From Terriglobia bacterium (GTDB lineage: Bacteria; Acidobacteriota; Terriglobia; UBA7540; JAPUME01), in the NCBI GenBank assembly GCA_965222885.1, contig OZ244973.1, positions 3,946,141 to 4,010,140 of the forward strand: a stretch of 64,000 nucleotides of DNA, given 5' to 3'. Both the position numbers and the translations under genes were made by a program. The notes beneath the pieces are model-generated. The model did no database searches. It saw nothing but the letters and a program-made list of their open reading frames with translations, and had not been told where the DNA came from. How positions within the stretch are numbered: the first letter of the stretch is position 1; every line of letters begins with the position of its first letter. This document shows, piece after piece, positions 32,641-40,627 of the stretch.

Positions 32641-32656
32641 CGGTTTCTTGACGGTG
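32527..32656. repeat. repeat S1, copy a (~130 bp)
   Basis: Aligns along its whole length with 41697..41827. By eye roughly four-fifths of positions are identical, with one 1-nt indel. Shared blocks include gtcttccacg, caactccttcctttc, tacacggttttgggg, tttcgctcgcaacgccta and gacggttt. Confidence 0.8.
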
Positions 32657-32692
32657 GTTGCTGCCACGACCATGCTCTACTGGCTGCGTAGC
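32657..32692. repeat. repeat S3, copy a (36 bp)
   Basis: gttgctgccacgaccatgctctactggctgcgtagc matches 57289..57324 at 33 of 36 positions. Confidence 0.8.
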
Positions 32693-32918
32693 ACTTTTTT
32701 GCAGTAATAGTTTTTAATCTGCAATGGCCCTGCTCGTCGTAAGGATGCCTCAACAAGCCGGCCGTGAGCCTAATGAATCTTTGGACCCGCTCTCGTGAAC
32801 GAGCTTCGCGCTCAGGTGAACTATGGCGAGTCCAACACGGCAAATTACCCTCTTATTGCAGGTCTTCATTTTGCCGCAATTCCTCATCTTCAAACTGGAC
32901 AAAATATCCGGGACCCCT

Positions 32919-32970
32919 CAACGGCGTATGGACTAACATAGAAAAGGGGACGATAACTAGGGGCAGATCA
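32919..32970 (+). mobile_element. IS3/IS407-like right-end remnant
   Basis: caacggcgtatggactaacatagaaaaggggacgataactaggggcagatca parallels the orfB stop plus right IR of the IS at 53907..53958 (caacggcttatggactaacataacaaagtggaccaacaaccgggggcaggtca). Confidence 0.55.
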
Positions 32971-33072
32971 CGGTAGCGCGCCAACGACATCGTGGCCAAC
33001 CCAGGTGTCATTCGAGTATGTCGCGGCGGACCTGGTTGGTAGCTGCGCATCTTTATTAAAATAAGCCTGAGC

Positions 33073-34185
33073 ATGAATACTCATATTCGTGAAATCTCCA
33101 TCGGCGCTGGTCGCGTGTTGAAGGCAACGCCAGTTCTGGATACCTATTGGCGGTTTGCGCAGGTACGGCAGAGTATTTTTCACAGACGGGTGCTAGGCGA
33201 GGCGCCGCCTTGGACCGACGATCCAGTTCTCGCTGAGCACCGATTCACGAACGCGTACCGTGCCGCTGATCGCGTGAGCCAGTTCCTGATCCGCGACGTG
33301 ATTTATTCGGAACTAGAGACACCCGAGGAAGTGTTTTTTCGCACGCTCTTCTTCAAGATCTTCAACCGGATCGAAACGTGGAACTCTGTCCGCAATGTTG
33401 TTGAGCAGATCACCTGGAATGATTTCGACTTCGAACGATACGCTCAGACTCTGGATGCGATCCGTGCGAATGGCACGAGCATTTATTCAAACGCTTACAT
33501 CATGCCCTCACCACCCTTTGGGGAACAACGCAAGCACCGCAACCATCTTCGTCTTTTAGAACAGATGATGCGCGATCGGTTGCCCGATAGGATTGCATCT
33601 GCGTCATCCCTGGAGGCTGTATTCCTGGCTCTGCAGCAGTACCCGTCGTTCGGGCGATTTCTGGCTTTTCAGTTTGCTATTGACCTGAACTACAGCACAA
33701 TCTGCGACCACTCTGAAATGGATTTTGTAGTTGCGGGACCCGGTGCGTCGGATGGAATCAGGAAATGTTTCGTCGACACTGCGGGCCTGACGGATGAAGA
33801 AGTCATACGGGTTGTCACTGAGCGCGCCAGCGAGGAATTCGCGCGCCTAGATATTGAGTTTGACGACCTATGGGGGCGCCCCCTTCAGCTAATCGACTGC
33901 CAGAATCTGTTTTGTGAGGTCGGCAAGTACGCAAGGGTCGTGCATCCTGAGTATCAAAGTGTTTCTGGTCGAACCCGAATCAAACAACGCTTCTCGCCGC
34001 TATCAAAGGCTCTGCCTCAGTGGTATCCGCCGAAGTGGGGAATAGAGCCCCCGATCACGCCAGCGGCAACTGAGAGTAATAGCTGCGCTATGGGAGGCGA
34101 ACCGCCGTTCGGCCTCGAAATCTTCGCTGGCCCCCGTCGGAGATCCAATCATTCTCGTGAGGCGACAGCGATAACCCAGTCCTGA
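33073..34185 (+). CDS. putative DNA base hypermodification family protein (5-hmdU-DNA-kinase helical-domain / aGPT-pyrophosphorylase-like); tentative
   Basis: 370 aa. The N-terminal pattern YWRFAQVRQSIFHRR..G..PPWTDDPVL..HRFTNAYRAADRVSQFLI and the later FLAFQFAIDLNYS match my memory of bacterial proteins annotated as nucleotide kinase domain / putative DNA base hypermodification proteins. No search was run. Confidence 0.35.
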   Translation: MNTHIREISIGAGRVLKATPVLDTYWRFAQVRQSIFHRRVLGEAPPWTDDPVLAEHRFTNAYRAADRVSQFLIRDVIYSELETPEEVFFRTLFFKIFNRIETWNSVRNVVEQITWNDFDFERYAQTLDAIRANGTSIYSNAYIMPSPPFGEQRKHRNHLRLLEQMMRDRLPDRIASASSLEAVFLALQQYPSFGRFLAFQFAIDLNYSTICDHSEMDFVVAGPGASDGIRKCFVDTAGLTDEEVIRVVTERASEEFARLDIEFDDLWGRPLQLIDCQNLFCEVGKYARVVHPEYQSVSGRTRIKQRFSPLSKALPQWYPPKWGIEPPITPAATESNSCAMGGEPPFGLEIFAGPRRRSNHSREATAITQS

Positions 34186-34450
34186 TCCAGCAAGAGGACG
34201 GTATGGACCGCACATCCGCCGCGGGCCACCCGCGTAGCGACAGGCGTCCAAGAGTGTGGCAACGTAAAATGCTCTGGCAGTGTGGTCAGTTCGACTTGTT
34301 CGAAGTCGATAGATTGTTGATCCTCTACTCTCAAGGCCTTGTAGACCGCCTCCTTCATGGCGAAATGGGCAGTGATGAAGAGCGTAGCTCTAGCACCGTC
34401 AACCTGCTTTAGCCGCGAGCGCTCCGCAGTAGTCAGTACTCGCTCCGCTA

Positions 34451-35570
34451 GTGGACTGTCGCAAAGTAACTTTATCTATGGAGAGGGCGTCTATACAGTA
34501 TGCCCTTTCAAAGCGAACCGTTCGTGTTGAGCCAACAGCAACGATCCGAACTCGAGGAGGTCGCCCGTTCGCAATCGCTGCCCGCCGGCTTTGTCTTACG
34601 CGCTCGAATCATCGCGTTACTCGCCGACGGCCTCTCCTACGCCGCCGTCGCCGACAAACTGGATTGCTCCACACCGACCGTCGGGAAATGGAAGAAACGC
34701 TTCCTCGAACACGGACTCGACGGACTGGAAACCCACCGTCCCGGGCAACCACCCTCGAAACTCACCGCCCGCTTGCGTGCCAAAATCCTCAATGCCACCC
34801 GCCGCCAGCCTGGCGACGGTTCGACCCACTGGTCCTGCCGCAAACTCGCCAAAGAACTCAGCATCAGCAAAGACTTGGTTCATCGTGTTTGGCGGGAAGC
34901 CGATCTCAAGCCGCATCGGTTGGAGCGCTACATGGCCTCCAACGACCCCGACTTCGAGCGCAAAGCTGCCGACATCATCGGTCTCTACCTCGATCCGCCG
35001 CGCCATGCCGCCGTGTTCTGCGTGGACGAAAAGACCGCTATGCAAGCGCTCGACCGTCGCGACCGCGTCTTGCCGCTGTCCCCTGGACGCGCCGAGCGGC
35101 ATGGTTTCGAGTACAAGCGCAACGGCACTCTCTCCCTCTACGCCGCCTTAAACACCAAGACTGGGCAGGTGCATGGGAAGACCGCCGCGCGTCACACCAG
35201 CCAGGACTGCGTCGAGTTTCTCGGTGAGGTCGTCGCCCGCTGCGAGCCCGACCAGGAGATTCACCTCATCCTCGACAACCTCTCGGCTCACAAGACCAAG
35301 CAGGTGGCAGCGTTCCTCGAGCGGCACCCCAACGTCGCCTTACACTTCACGCCGACTTACTCGTCGTGGCTGAACCAGGTCGAGTTGTGGTTTTCTAAGG
35401 TGCAACGCGACGTCATTGCCCGCGGCGTGTTCCCCTCCACCACCGATCTCGCCCGCAAACTCCGCCGCTACATCAACGCCTACTCGAAAGACGCCAAGCC
35501 TTTCCGCTGGAAATACTCCAGGCCCTCCCGCCGCATCCGCCATGGTAAAACTATCTCTGCGACAGTCCAC
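34451..35570 (+). mobile_element. IS630-family insertion sequence (copy 1)
   Basis: Terminal IRs gtggactgtcgcaaagta / gtggactgtcgcagagat. Flanking TA duplication at 34449-50 and 35571-72. The transposase stop codon uses the target TA. Confidence 0.85.
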
Positions 35571-35573
35571 TAG
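34500..35573 (+). CDS. IS630 family transposase
   Basis: 357 aa. N-terminal HTH region and a DDE core (FCVDEKTAMQALDR...ILDNLSAHKT...HFTPTYSSWLNQVELWF). Confidence 0.85.
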   Translation: MPFQSEPFVLSQQQRSELEEVARSQSLPAGFVLRARIIALLADGLSYAAVADKLDCSTPTVGKWKKRFLEHGLDGLETHRPGQPPSKLTARLRAKILNATRRQPGDGSTHWSCRKLAKELSISKDLVHRVWREADLKPHRLERYMASNDPDFERKAADIIGLYLDPPRHAAVFCVDEKTAMQALDRRDRVLPLSPGRAERHGFEYKRNGTLSLYAALNTKTGQVHGKTAARHTSQDCVEFLGEVVARCEPDQEIHLILDNLSAHKTKQVAAFLERHPNVALHFTPTYSSWLNQVELWFSKVQRDVIARGVFPSTTDLARKLRRYINAYSKDAKPFRWKYSRPSRRIRHGKTISATVH

Positions 35574-36097
35574 TTTCTGATCGGTCTCCTCCGCACACTC
35601 AACGTCAATCCCGACCCCCTCAGCGACAGTGGCCACCGCCAGCGTCAACGGTCCCTTTCGACTGATCGAACCGGCAAAGCCTAGTGGGACGATAGGTGCA
35701 CCCGAGGCCGCCGAGAGGATTGGGACGCGTGGAGCCGCAAGATGCGCGAGCGCTGTGGTCAGACACATCCGTCCGGCGATCCATCTACGACGATAGTCCG
35801 GCTCAAGTGCAGAGGCGTGTGTCAGTTCCGTTGGATGGAGTGTCTGGAGGGTTCGAGCCGTTGGGTTGTCTGGGCATATAGCGCAAATAAGCGTCCCAGC
35901 AGGACAGCCGGCAAGCTCTTCTGGGGTCCAGTACGGACGTGATCTGCCGAGAATTCCGGGAGGTGGGGGGGTAAGGGGCACAATGGATGCTACCAGATTC
36001 CAAGATGTTAGAAAACAAAAACTATTCCCTTGGCAAATGTTTGTTTATCGAACATAATGATGTTATTCGGTTCGACTGAATTGATCGGAGGTATTTA

Positions 36098-36493
36098 GTG
36101 AACTCGCTTCCTGTGGACAAGGTGCAGTTCGACGCTAAAGCACCTGAATTGAAGGCCCTCACGCGCGATTGGGCGGACCGGGAATGTACGCCCTTTAACG
36201 AGGCAGTCCGTCGCGCGGCCGGTCTTCCGAAAGGCAGCAGCGGTTCGATCTGGGAGATGCCTTCCATCGATTCGAAGCGCGTCGTCTCATTGCTCGTAGA
36301 ACTCGAGCCGGTTTTGAGCTGCAAGCTGCCATTGACGCTAGTCAAGCGTGGTGGCTACATTAGCACGGACGACCTTGTCGCCGACTTGATGCCTAAGATT
36401 CGCGGGTATTGTTCAGAGCCGTCGGCTCCGACCGCAAACCCACAGGATGGAGGCGCTACCGCGGTAGTGACCACCAGTTCGCCCATTTTCTAG
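36098..36493 (+). CDS. carrier-protein-like small protein (possible phosphopantetheine attachment site); tentative
   Basis: GTG start with a GGAGG RBS. The segment WEMPSIDSKRVVSLLVELEPVLSCKLPLTLVKRGGYISTDDLVADL aligns by eye with the PCP/ACP core (GGxDS-L..v.L...le...g..LP...lf...T...La..l). It is divergent from the PPTase gene. Confidence 0.35.
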   Translation: MNSLPVDKVQFDAKAPELKALTRDWADRECTPFNEAVRRAAGLPKGSSGSIWEMPSIDSKRVVSLLVELEPVLSCKLPLTLVKRGGYISTDDLVADLMPKIRGYCSEPSAPTANPQDGGATAVVTTSSPIF

Positions 36494-36502
36494 GGGGACA
36501 CC

Positions 36503-36850
36503 ATGGACACTGAAACAACGACTCTCGGTGCTCGACTTCGCGAGGCACGCGAGTATTTCCGGCTATCACAGGATGAAGTGGCCAGAGTAATCGGACTACC
36601 AAGGGCCGCGATCTCCCTAATCGAGAATGGGCGGCGCAAGGTCGCAGCGCTTGAGTTGAAGAAGTTCGCGGATTTGTACCAGCGACCCGTTACCGATTTC
36701 ACTGGAGATGTCGAAGTAGCCAGTCCAGTTCGGGAGACAGTTCAGCACTTGACGCGCGTCGCTACAAAGCTGGCAGAGGCTGACCAAGCTGAGTTGGTCC
36801 GGTTCGCTGAATTCCTTGGCTCGAGAGCAGCGAAGAAGCGGGAGGCCTGA
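36503..36850 (+). CDS. XRE-family helix-turn-helix transcriptional regulator
   Basis: LGARLREAREYFRLSQDEVARVIGLPRAAISLIENGRRKV is a canonical Cro/C1-type HTH. Confidence 0.85.
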   Translation: MDTETTTLGARLREAREYFRLSQDEVARVIGLPRAAISLIENGRRKVAALELKKFADLYQRPVTDFTGDVEVASPVRETVQHLTRVATKLAEADQAELVRFAEFLGSRAAKKREA

Positions 36851-36852
36851 CG

Positions 36853-37845
36853 ATGGCCGCGCGCGAAGCAATTCTCGAAGGCACTCAGGCAGCGCAACGC
36901 CTTCACGCTCAACTTGGTACACGCGCAGCCGTGGAACAAGGGGGGCTTTCGTATATCGATGTGTTTGCTGTTGCGATGGAATTGGGCGCCGTGTTGCTCT
37001 TTCGCAGGCTGGAGGGAATGTTGGGAGCATACCTCGCCGATTCCGGGATACCCGGAATTATTGTTTCGACGCAGCGGAGCCTCCACATCCAGCGCTTTAC
37101 AGTGGCCCACGAGATCGGCCATCTATTCATGCGTCACGACTTGAGCCTGGATCAGCAAGTTGGCCTCTGGAGGGGCTCGTCAAGAGACTTGGGAGAGGTT
37201 GCCGCTGATGCATTCGCTTCCGAGTTCATGTTGCCTCGATGGTTGTACGTTCACCACTCAGCTCGGCAGCGATGGGACAGTGCCGCTCTTCAGGATCCTC
37301 GCTTGGTTTATCAACTCTCGCTGCGCCTTGGCGCGAGCTATGACGCAACCTGCTGGGGCCTCAAAGGACATCGAATTCTAAAGCCACACGAGATGGCCAA
37401 GCTGTGGGATGTTGAGCCGAAGGAACTGAAGGTTGCTGCGCTTGCCGGCATGGCAGACCGAATAGATCCGTGGGCGGATGTCTGGGTGATTACGGAGGCT
37501 GACAACGGTTTGAGATTCCAGGGTGGCCCGAACGACATCGTTGTGTTTAGGATCCCGGAACGGGCGTCCGCTGGCTATCTCTGGGACGAATCACAACTAT
37601 GGAAAGACGGATTTGAATTGCTGGCCGATGATCGCGAAGAAGGAGATGAAGAGGAGTGTGGCAGTACGCTCACACGTGTGCTGGTGACGCGCGTGAGGGA
37701 ATCGTGCGAATGCCAAGTCTCACTCTCCGAGCGTCGCCCATGGCAACCGGACGAATCAGTCGGTAAGCTCGCCATCGCGTTCGACATGCAAGGTAAAGAG
37801 GATGGCCTGCCCAGGCTGGCTAGGAAGGCGATCGTCGCTGCATGA
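36853..37845 (+). CDS. ImmA/IrrE-family zinc metallopeptidase fused to a C-terminal chagasin-like (MEROPS I42) cysteine-peptidase-inhibitor domain
   Basis: HEIGH at aa 86-90 (nt 37108-37122) followed by AADAFASEFMLP. The C-terminal ~110 aa (nt ~37465-37797) align by eye with chagasin: NG.....G..V.F.IPERASAGYLW (cf. NPTTGFAW), ECGSTLTRVLVTRV (cf. GAGGTEHFHVTV), SERRPWQP (cf. YMRPWTGP). Confidence 0.7.
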   Translation: MAAREAILEGTQAAQRLHAQLGTRAAVEQGGLSYIDVFAVAMELGAVLLFRRLEGMLGAYLADSGIPGIIVSTQRSLHIQRFTVAHEIGHLFMRHDLSLDQQVGLWRGSSRDLGEVAADAFASEFMLPRWLYVHHSARQRWDSAALQDPRLVYQLSLRLGASYDATCWGLKGHRILKPHEMAKLWDVEPKELKVAALAGMADRIDPWADVWVITEADNGLRFQGGPNDIVVFRIPERASAGYLWDESQLWKDGFELLADDREEGDEEECGSTLTRVLVTRVRESCECQVSLSERRPWQPDESVGKLAIAFDMQGKEDGLPRLARKAIVAA

Positions 37846-38483
37846 GTATCATCGTCGATGTCGACTTGCGAAGCAAGCTCGGCGACACGCGTGATCAACG
37901 ACAGAGACCGACCTGCTTGGCATTCGCCGTGTCGGCCGCTCACGAGGCCAGTCGAGTGTCGAACGACTATCTCTCTACCGAGTTCCTCTTTTTTAGCGGT
38001 GCGCAGCGATCGCACCGCGATCCAAACCGTGGCCTTAGTAGAACCGCAGTCGCGGAAGCCCTGCGGGAAGATGGGCAACCTTGCGAGGCTGCGTGGCCGT
38101 ATCGGGTGGAACCGCCTGCCGCCGCGAATTGGAAGGCGCCGGAGAATTGCGAGCCCCTTCACAGGGCGACGGTCACATTTACCTCCGGGACCTTGACCGA
38201 GGTTGGACAGACGCTTCGCATCGGGGTGCCGGTAGTGCTAGTAGTATCGCTCACGATGGCAATGTATGTGCCCGATGCGAACGGAATTGTTCGGTCTCGT
38301 CAGAGTGACGTCACCACGACGAGCCGCCACGCATTGTTGGCGGTCGGTTTAGGACATGACAACGACGGTGAGTACATCTTGGTGCGCAACAGCTGGGGAG
38401 CGCGCTGGGGACTGCTGGGTCATGCTTGGTGTCACGGTTCCTGTTTCGTCGGCCGACTCCATTGGACAGGTACGATTTCCTAG
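37842..38483 (+). CDS. papain-like C1 family cysteine peptidase (no signal peptide)
   Basis: DQRQRPTCLAFAVSAAHE (oxyanion Gln plus catalytic Cys25), SRHALLAVGLG (His), YILVRNSWGARWG (Asn-Ser-Trp-Gly). ATGA overlap with the upstream inhibitor-fusion gene. Confidence 0.75.
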   Translation: MSIIVDVDLRSKLGDTRDQRQRPTCLAFAVSAAHEASRVSNDYLSTEFLFFSGAQRSHRDPNRGLSRTAVAEALREDGQPCEAAWPYRVEPPAAANWKAPENCEPLHRATVTFTSGTLTEVGQTLRIGVPVVLVVSLTMAMYVPDANGIVRSRQSDVTTTSRHALLAVGLGHDNDGEYILVRNSWGARWGLLGHAWCHGSCFVGRLHWTGTIS

Positions 38484-38495
38484 AGAGGCACGCAG

Positions 38496-39314
38496 ATGAA
38501 GCTGATCGCTGCTGATACTCTGGCACAAGCCTGGCTACAGGGTTGTGGTCACCTTCGCGACCTAGCTGGATGGGTGGATACGACTGTGGTGTTGCAGATC
38601 GCTGAGCCTACACTGGTTCGTTCCCAGGACCGGGCGGTCGCGGAGAGACTTAACGAGTATCTGGTAAGCCACGGCAGGTTTAGCAATCACACTGTGGCCG
38701 AAACGATTTTCCCAGGATACGAGTACGTACACAGGGGCGTTAAAGGCGTATACGAAGTGTATCCAGACGAGATCTATCCGAGAATCAAAGGCCACAAGGA
38801 TATGCGTCGGTGGGGAGCGTACGCATACAGGCTGTTGCGCCGGAGGGATGAGAGTGGAAAGGTCTACAATCCGCTGTCACAATGCATCAAAAAGATGAAG
38901 GACAAGCAACCAAAACGTGCAGCCTATGAGATGGGTTTGGGCTTTGACCTCGCGGTGTATGACGACAATGCAGACAGGGAGTCCAGGATGGGAGGGCCTT
39001 GCCTCAGCCATCTCAGTTTCAAGTTCATCGAGAAGAGAATTCAGCTGACCGCGCTCTATCGTTCGCACTACTATGTGCAGCGAGCGTACGGGAATCTGCT
39101 CGGGCTTGCTAGGTTGCAGTCGTTCGTCGCTTACCAGGTCGGTGTCGAGCCTGGACCGCTCGTGTGTCATTCGACAATGGCCGTCCTGGAGCACGGAAAG
39201 CCGTGGGGCTGGTCGAAAGGCGAGGTTTCGCCTCTTCTCAGCGAATGTGAGGCCCTTATGAAAGGCCAGACCCCGACCGCCTTTGTCGCGCAGTCAATGG
39301 GCCATCATGCCTGA
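38496..39314 (+). CDS. thymidylate synthase / dNMP hydroxymethylase-fold protein
   Basis: GGPCLSHLSFKFIEKRIQLTALYRSHYYVQRAYGNLLGLARLQSFVAYQVGVEPGPLVCH parallels the ThyA core [39 protein letters not shown]...G......GD.H. The catalytic-Cys context is retained. Confidence 0.6.
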   Translation: MKLIAADTLAQAWLQGCGHLRDLAGWVDTTVVLQIAEPTLVRSQDRAVAERLNEYLVSHGRFSNHTVAETIFPGYEYVHRGVKGVYEVYPDEIYPRIKGHKDMRRWGAYAYRLLRRRDESGKVYNPLSQCIKKMKDKQPKRAAYEMGLGFDLAVYDDNADRESRMGGPCLSHLSFKFIEKRIQLTALYRSHYYVQRAYGNLLGLARLQSFVAYQVGVEPGPLVCHSTMAVLEHGKPWGWSKGEVSPLLSECEALMKGQTPTAFVAQSMGHHA

Positions 39315-40554
39315 ACCCAAGAGCACGAGTGGTGTTGTATTGCCCTCCGATATTACGTGGGACAGTGGCGTGCACCTTCTTGAATATCAGCGGGCCGTTC
39401 GCGAAACTGACCGTCTGCCACAAGACGATTTAGGCACTCCGGTGCTAGGTCTATTCGGCGAGGTTGGCAGTTTGCTGTCTGTCGTCAAGAAGAGGAAGCG
39501 TGACGCCGTAGCCTATGTTGGCTATGACGCCGCGATCATTGAGGAACTCGGCGATGCGCTTTGGTACTTCACCTGCATTGCGAATCGCGTAGCGCTAGAC
39601 CTGTCTGTCCTCGCGCAGGGGGTGTTTTGCGATGCGAGTGACCGGGATGAGTGCCAGGCGGATGAGTTTGGCACGTGGGGTGACGTCCAGTCCGCTCGTC
39701 CGCTGGCCGAAGACGAGGATCTGTTCGCCTCGATGAGCCTCCTCGCTGGCCTGACGGGGAAACTCGTTGGCGGCTTGCGCGGTGGACTTGTCGAAGGCCG
39801 GGAGCGGTTGTCTGGAGACATGAGCGCTGTTCTTCGATCGTTGATTGGGTTCGCCACCGCAGCTGACCTCGATCTGGACGTGGCAGCTCGCCAAAACCTC
39901 GAGAAGATCTTCAGTCGGTATCCTCGGGAACTCAAATACCCGCCGCTCCCGGACGATAACGTGACGTTACACGAGCGGCTTCCGCGTCGATTCGACCTGT
40001 TCGTTGGCGAACACGATGTCAATGGCAAAACCTACGTGATGCTGATCTGCAACGGCGTGATCATAGGAGACCGTGTGACCGACAACAAAGCTGAGGAAGA
40101 CGACTATAGGTTCCACGATGTCTTTCACGTTGCCTATGCAGTTCATTTGAGTTGGTCTCCGATCCTGCGCGGGCTGTTCCGGGTAAAGCGAAAGAGCATG
40201 CCTGGGGTTGACGAGAACGAAGACGGGGCGCGCGCCGGTCTCATAGAGGAAGGCGTTGCTACGTTTATTTTTGGTCGTGCCCTTGAACAGAACCTGTTCG
40301 AAGATCTAGAGCACCTTGACTTCGATCTACTGAAACTAGTTAGAGGTTTCGTTCGTGGGTTCGAGGTCGAGCGCTGTGCGCTGTGGCAGTGGGAGCGAGC
40401 GATCCTTGATGGATTCAAGGTGTACCGCGAGTTCAAGAAGAACCGCCGCGGATATGTAGTTGCGGACCTAGTCGCCCACACCATCGAGTTTAGGGCAGCA
40501 GGCCGGGACGAGGACGGACTCAATTCTGTTGCAATCGTGGGTCGCCGCGAATAG
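39307..40554 (+). CDS. MazG-like all-alpha NTP pyrophosphohydrolase domain protein with a large uncharacterised C-terminal half
   Basis: LGLFGEVGSLLSVVKKRKRD......EELGDALWYFTCIANRVALDL is a MazG/HisE-type EExxE/D helix pair. ATG 39307 overlaps the upstream stop (ATGCCTGA). An alternative in-frame start lies at 39283. Confidence 0.6.
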   Translation: MPEPKSTSGVVLPSDITWDSGVHLLEYQRAVRETDRLPQDDLGTPVLGLFGEVGSLLSVVKKRKRDAVAYVGYDAAIIEELGDALWYFTCIANRVALDLSVLAQGVFCDASDRDECQADEFGTWGDVQSARPLAEDEDLFASMSLLAGLTGKLVGGLRGGLVEGRERLSGDMSAVLRSLIGFATAADLDLDVAARQNLEKIFSRYPRELKYPPLPDDNVTLHERLPRRFDLFVGEHDVNGKTYVMLICNGVIIGDRVTDNKAEEDDYRFHDVFHVAYAVHLSWSPILRGLFRVKRKSMPGVDENEDGARAGLIEEGVATFIFGRALEQNLFEDLEHLDFDLLKLVRGFVRGFEVERCALWQWERAILDGFKVYREFKKNRRGYVVADLVAHTIEFRAAGRDEDGLNSVAIVGRRE

Positions 40555-40627
40555 CGACAAATGGTGATTATGAGGGGCTCGTTCGGCCCCGGAGGTCAAC
40601 GCTTAGGATGTGTAGAAAGGCACCTCT

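Larger units (their letters stand above)
34149..35981 (-). pseudogene. Sfp/EntD-type 4'-phosphopantetheinyl transferase, split by IS630
   Basis: The N-terminal part (35981 down to 35571) ends ...GSISRKGPLTLAVATVAEGVGIDVECAEETDQK. Removing 34451..35572 restores one frame: ...QKLAERVLTTAERSRL...HFAMKEAVYKAL...DFEQVEL...*. Confidence 0.8.

Noticed and set aside
32527-32692. tRNA or tmRNA 3' end as the island attachment site
   Set aside because: I could not fold S1 or S3 into a cloverleaf, found no T-loop GTTCRANYC-type motif, and saw no integrase gene in the window. The repeat is therefore reported only as an unexplained direct repeat.
34451-35227. 258-aa and 186-aa alternative-frame ORFs inside IS630 copy 1
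   Set aside because: They are Arg/Pro/Ser-rich shadow frames of the transposase gene, whereas the transposase frame has the DDE motifs.
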